A stretch of DNA of 64,000 bases, taken from positions 868,001-932,000 of the forward strand of contig OZ024743.1 of NCBI GenBank assembly GCA_964016885.1, in the 5' to 3' direction. The stretch comes from Eledone cirrhosa. Its lineage: Eukaryota. Positions 58,895-64,000 of this stretch are shown here, piece by piece (the first letter of the stretch is position 1; each line of letters opens with the position of its first letter). The notes beneath the pieces are model-generated. The model was not told the DNA's origin. It saw only the letters and a list, made by a program, of their open reading frames with translations, and made no database searches. Position numbers and translations under genes: made by a program.

Positions 58895-59606
58895 AACAAC
58901 GCAAGCATAATGTAAAAGTTATAAGAGTAAACTTCATCACAGGGAACCATAAATAAAACAATATCAAGCAAAATAGGAACTGATAGGGAAATACATCATT
59001 AATACAGTGTTTACCTTTTATGATTATAGGGACTGAAGAAAGAATTAATAACTCATAAAAAATATGTATAATAACAACATAAACAGGTACAGGTACAGCA
59101 GCACCAGTTTGTTAATAGCAGCAGAAGAAGCAGCAGCAACAGCAGCAAACAATGTCAAGCAGGAATCATGAATACTAGCATCTATTATTCAAGTTTGTTT
59201 AAAGCGTTCGCATTTCTTTTGTCAGGGTGCCAAGTAAAACAAGGCCCGCCTCTAGTTGGAGGTAGATTTGCGGTTACTCAACGAATTCAACTGCTGTGCA
59301 TTCACAAACACATACGCACATACATACAACGCACACATGCATGTATTCAAACCCACATGCATGCGCACCCACACACGCACATACACACTCACAAACACAC
59401 GTGGGTGTTTGTTTGCATGTGTGAGCGTGTGTGTGTGTGTGTAGGTGTAGGTGTGTGTGTGCGTGTGGCTGTGTATGGTGTGTGTTGTCTGAACAGAAAA
59501 TAAGAAATTCAATCATCGTTATCGCATTCACATAAATTTAACCTACCTAACTCTAAGCATTTGACCGAATTTTCTATCGCATGATATATCTATGGAGTGG
59601 AATACA

Positions 59607-59694
<88 letters not shown>

Positions 59695-59697
<3 letters not shown>

Positions 59698-59973
59698 ATG
59701 ATATCGAAAATGAAACTGGCGTCTTATTTTTAAAAATATATATATATTTATTTGGTTCCTTTACCACAGACTGAGAAAAACCACAGACCCTCCATCTCAA
59801 CTCTACTTTTGAAAAGCAGAAGAACTGCGAAACCGGTAAAGAAACCAAATAAATATATATATATTTTTTTTTAATAAGACTCCAGTTGCATTTTCGATTT
59901 CATCTTTTTTTCTTTATACTTTCACTCGTGTAGGACACCTCGGTTATTTTTCAGTTTGTAAAAAAAACCTCAC

Positions 59974-60039
<66 letters not shown>

Positions 60040-60051
60040 GTGAGGTTTTTT

Positions 60052-60055
<4 letters not shown>
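59695..60055. mobile_element. PLE pLTR-type fragment with 5' inversion and HHR at 59806-59841 (+)
   Basis: Same family as 55973-57569. Confidence 0.75.
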
Positions 60056-60083
<28 letters not shown>

Positions 60084-60157
60084 CATACATACATACGTAG
60101 TCGGTCATGTACATATATAGAAAGTATACACACATTAAGGCGTTCAGCCAAATTCAT

Positions 60158-60313
60158 ACAGGGTGTAAAAAAACTTGTGGATAAGTAAGTACACTTGAAT
60201 TTTCAAATCTCAAATTTTAACTCTTCTTATTATTAATTTCTCTTAATATTAATCAACATTTGAAAAGATGGCTTTTGCAGACCCATCGAAACCGGTCATT
60301 TTTTATACCCTTT
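60158..60313. mobile_element. Probable Tc1/mariner-type MITE
   Basis: tacagggtgtaaaaaa ... ttttttataccctt inverted ends. Confidence 0.5.
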
Positions 60314-60438
60314 ATTATTTCCTTACCTTATAAAATTATGTTTTTTCACAAAAAAGTATTCTGTCTCTTATATATTCCATGTGCCATTACCAACCTCAAT
60401 TTTCTCTATAACCTTCGTTTTGTGTAGAAAATTACACC

Positions 60439-60538
<100 letters not shown>

Positions 60539-60539
60539 G

Positions 60540-60591
<52 letters not shown>

Positions 60592-60602
60592 GCACACACA
60601 CA

Positions 60603-60690
<88 letters not shown>

Positions 60691-60711
60691 CACACACGCA
60701 CGCACACACGC

Positions 60712-60771
<60 letters not shown>

Positions 60772-61296
60772 ATGCACACACTATCTTACTACTAATTCCT
60801 GCAACTGTCTACACTAAAACAAAAATATTTTGTTACTTTTTTAGTGACATACATACATACATACATACATACATACATACATTCATGGCGGCTGCCAACT
60901 CGTTTTCGAGTACGGCCACTACTTTATATCCATGTAGGAGAACCCTACCTATGCGCTGAACGAGTGTGACTTTTTAGTCCAGCCAGCGACTTGAAAACTC
61001 TGGTACAAACACTACACTTGTGACAATTATTGACACATAGTGCTGGGCCCATGGTACCATGTGACGACAAGTGCAGAGAGATCTCCAGATATAAAGCAAT
61101 GCCTGTGCCGTGAAGCTTTTATAGTGAGCAAAGGCACTGCACAAAGCCAGTCCCACTCTCTTAACCAAGATGATATTTACCAAAAAGAAGACCAAGTCAA
61201 CATCATTGGATACCATCAGGGTTGCAGGTGTTATATCAGAATTTTCCTTCTCCTAGAATTCTGCCTTGACATACATACATACATACATACATACAC

Positions 61297-64000
61297 TGGG
61301 ACGAAATGCCCCCAGAGCTAAATTATTTCACAGCGAAACAATTACGCCAACAAGCGACGTTTGTTGAACGTAAAAATAAGATAAATATTATTAATTGTAA
61401 GTCCCCCACAACAAACATGGAATCAACAACACGTGCTACAGATCGCCATGCTACAAGACTTCATAGCAGCCAGGTCGAACAGCGCCTTGAAACAACTATG
61501 CCTGTAAGAAACTTGACACCACCTGTACCATCTAAGTCTACCTCGAATGCTGGGGAAAACACTATCGATAATAATAATAATCGAAGAAATAATAATAATA
61601 ATCGAATAAATGTGACACCACGTATACCATCCGAGTCTACCTCGACTGTTGTGGAAAATACTATCGATAACGATAATCAACGAAATCTTCCAGAGAGAAA
61701 TTAACTCATGTATAAATATCTCTCTGGCTGAACGTGTTAAAACGACAATGGTGAATAAAAAAACAAATAATGAAATACTACGTGTTATTGACGAAATAGG
61801 GGATGAATATTTACGACGGATAAAAACCCCAACATTTTGGCAAATCAACGCCTGTTTATATGCCTTAGCAATGACAGTGAAGCATTATCTTGGTGATAGC
61901 AGATATTAACAAGAACAAAACACCACCAAAAATACCATCATATATAACTAAAATAGAAAAAAAGAGTGCTGACCTACGAAAAAACATAGGATATGTGACA
62001 ATACTCCTTACATGCAAACAAACACAAAAAAACCTCACTCCTCACCAATAAAGAGTGAAAAATAAAATAGAGACGATGTTTGGTAACAGTAGAACCAGAA
62101 CTCTCCAATATAAGCTGATCACCCTCAAACAAGAATTGAGAGCTGTTAGCGAAAAACGCCGATACCTGAAGAAGGTAGATGAGAGAAAAATGCTTAATAA
62201 AAGATTCAGACGAAACCAAAGATCAGTCTATAGAGATATGAAGGGCAAAACAATAAAGTGTCACTGATGCCCCATCCCAGAAAGACATAGATTCCTTTTG
62301 GAGAAAAATATGGTGAAAAGAAGAATTTCAACCAAGATGCAGTGTGGCTAAGAGAAATCCGAAAGAACTATTGCTCCTACACTACAACAAAAACATACGA
62401 AATAAGTGAGGGTACCCTTGAGACTGTGATAGGAAAACTCCAAGATAAGAAAACACCAGGAAGAGACATGATTGTCGGCTACTGGTACAAAAAACTAATA
62501 TTCTATCGGAAGTATCTTACTGACCTCTACCAACAAGTTCTTAAGGGAGATACACTTATATCAGAATGGTTGACATTAGCACAAACGTTACTGGTCCCCA
62601 AGAACAAAGACACCCACTTGGCAAAAAACTACCGACCCATTGCATGCCAGAACCTGATGTATAAGATGTATACAGCCTGCCTGAACCTATTCCTCCAAGA
62701 TCACTGTGAAAATAATAACATCATCACAGATGAACAAGCAGCTGGAAAGAAAGGGTTTGGGGATGTGCTGAACAACTCCTAATCAACAAAACTGCGATGT
62801 CGGAGGTGCGACAACTTAGGAGGAATATGACTACAGTCTGGCTGGACTACAGGAAAGCTTTCGATTCTGTTCCCCACTCTTGGATGATAGAGGCCCTCCA
62901 ACTTGCTAAAGTCCCAGACATTATTGTCAGAGCCATAGAGAGGCTGTCTTCTTCTTGGGCTACTATCCTAAGGTTAAAGACAGAGAGGGAGGACTCTATT
63001 TTCACTGATAAAATAAAATATTGCAGGGGTATATTTCAGATGTACAGTCTCTCTGTGATATTGTTCATCTTGTTATTAAACCCCTTGTCTTTTCTGCTCA
63101 AGAAATGTGAGGGATACATCATTGGCTCACAGGAGGACAGAAATACGAACCTAACACATAACTTCTTTGTGGACGATCTGAAACTCTATGCCAAGAACAT
63201 GGATGGGATGAAGAAAAATCTTGACCTGGTTACAATGTTCTCAAAGGATATAGGAATGGAGTTTGGCGAAGATAAATGCTCATACATGACTGTAAAGCGG
63301 GGAAAAACAACAACCCAATCTACTCAACATTGTCATCAATGGTCTAACTGTTTCACCGATATCTGATGAGGATTGCTACAGATACCTGGGGATGGATGAG
63401 AACGTATCCTATAATGGTATAAAGAACGCGTAACCAAGGAATACTACATCTGATTAAGAAAGATCTTGTCATCGGAACTCTCTGCGCAAAACAAAACAGT
63501 GGCTCACAATGTGTTTGCTGTGCCTGTCCTAACACCAACGTTTGGAATACTCAATTGGACGATAGACGAAATCCGAGCAGTTGATTTTGGAACTCGAAAA
63601 ATACTAAACAACACCGGAAACTACCACATCAACAGTGACATAGACCGCCTTTACTTGAAACGTAAGCAGGGAGGCGGCGGCCTAACATCAGTCAAGACAA
63701 CATTTGAATGTCGCATCATATCTCTCCGACAACATCTACGAACCTCGAAGCGTAGGAGCCCGCTTCTCGAGCAAGTCTATCTGCATGAAACAGATAAGAT
63801 CATGAGAGTTGGGAAGGAACTCCTTGAGAGATATTCCCTGTGTGATAATCAAATACTCACACCCAGGGATGTCGCTCAGCAGTATCGCAGTGAATCCATG
63901 GATGAAAAACTGCATGCCTATCAGCAAAAAATCATGCTTGGATATGTTGCCAGGAAGCTCCAGAGTGACAGTAATATAGATAAGGAAAGTAGTCTATCTT
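61297..64000 (+). mobile_element. Decayed R4/Dong-clade non-LTR retrotransposon (runs off the window)
   Basis: KTPGRDMIVGYWYK, AKNYRPIAC.NLMYK, WLDYRKAFDSVPHSW, RGIFQ..SLS, THNFFVDDLKLY, DIGMEFG.DKC and RLYLKRKQGG.GL; stops and frameshifts; adjacent (ACAT)n. Confidence 0.88.

Overview
AT-rich, microsatellite-saturated eukaryotic DNA, most consistent with a cephalopod (Octopus-like) genome; this is inferred from the SINE family and repeat landscape. No host protein-coding gene can be called with confidence, and most listed ORFs are translations of (TA)n/(CA)n/(GA)n tracts. The window holds one near-intact Penelope-like retroelement (PLE; RT plus C-terminal GIY-YIG, ~50.2-54.6 kb) with an inverted 5' end and pseudo-LTR. 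It also has decayed RTE, CR1/L2-like and R4/Dong-like LINEs, mariner remnants and MITEs, a non-autonomous Helitron, about 13 copies of one SINE and a 28S rRNA fragment. Many small inverted or tandem PLE-type remnants sit in TA tracts and carry at least 15 readable type I hammerhead ribozyme (HHR) motifs; three unrelated families use a U3-A8 core. The most novel signal is an RNA motif in four copies from two diverged families (7.7, 8.2, 33.5, 34.1 kb). It shows compensatory base changes, a kink-turn and a pseudoknot, and contains all three hammerhead core strands in a non-circularly permuted order.
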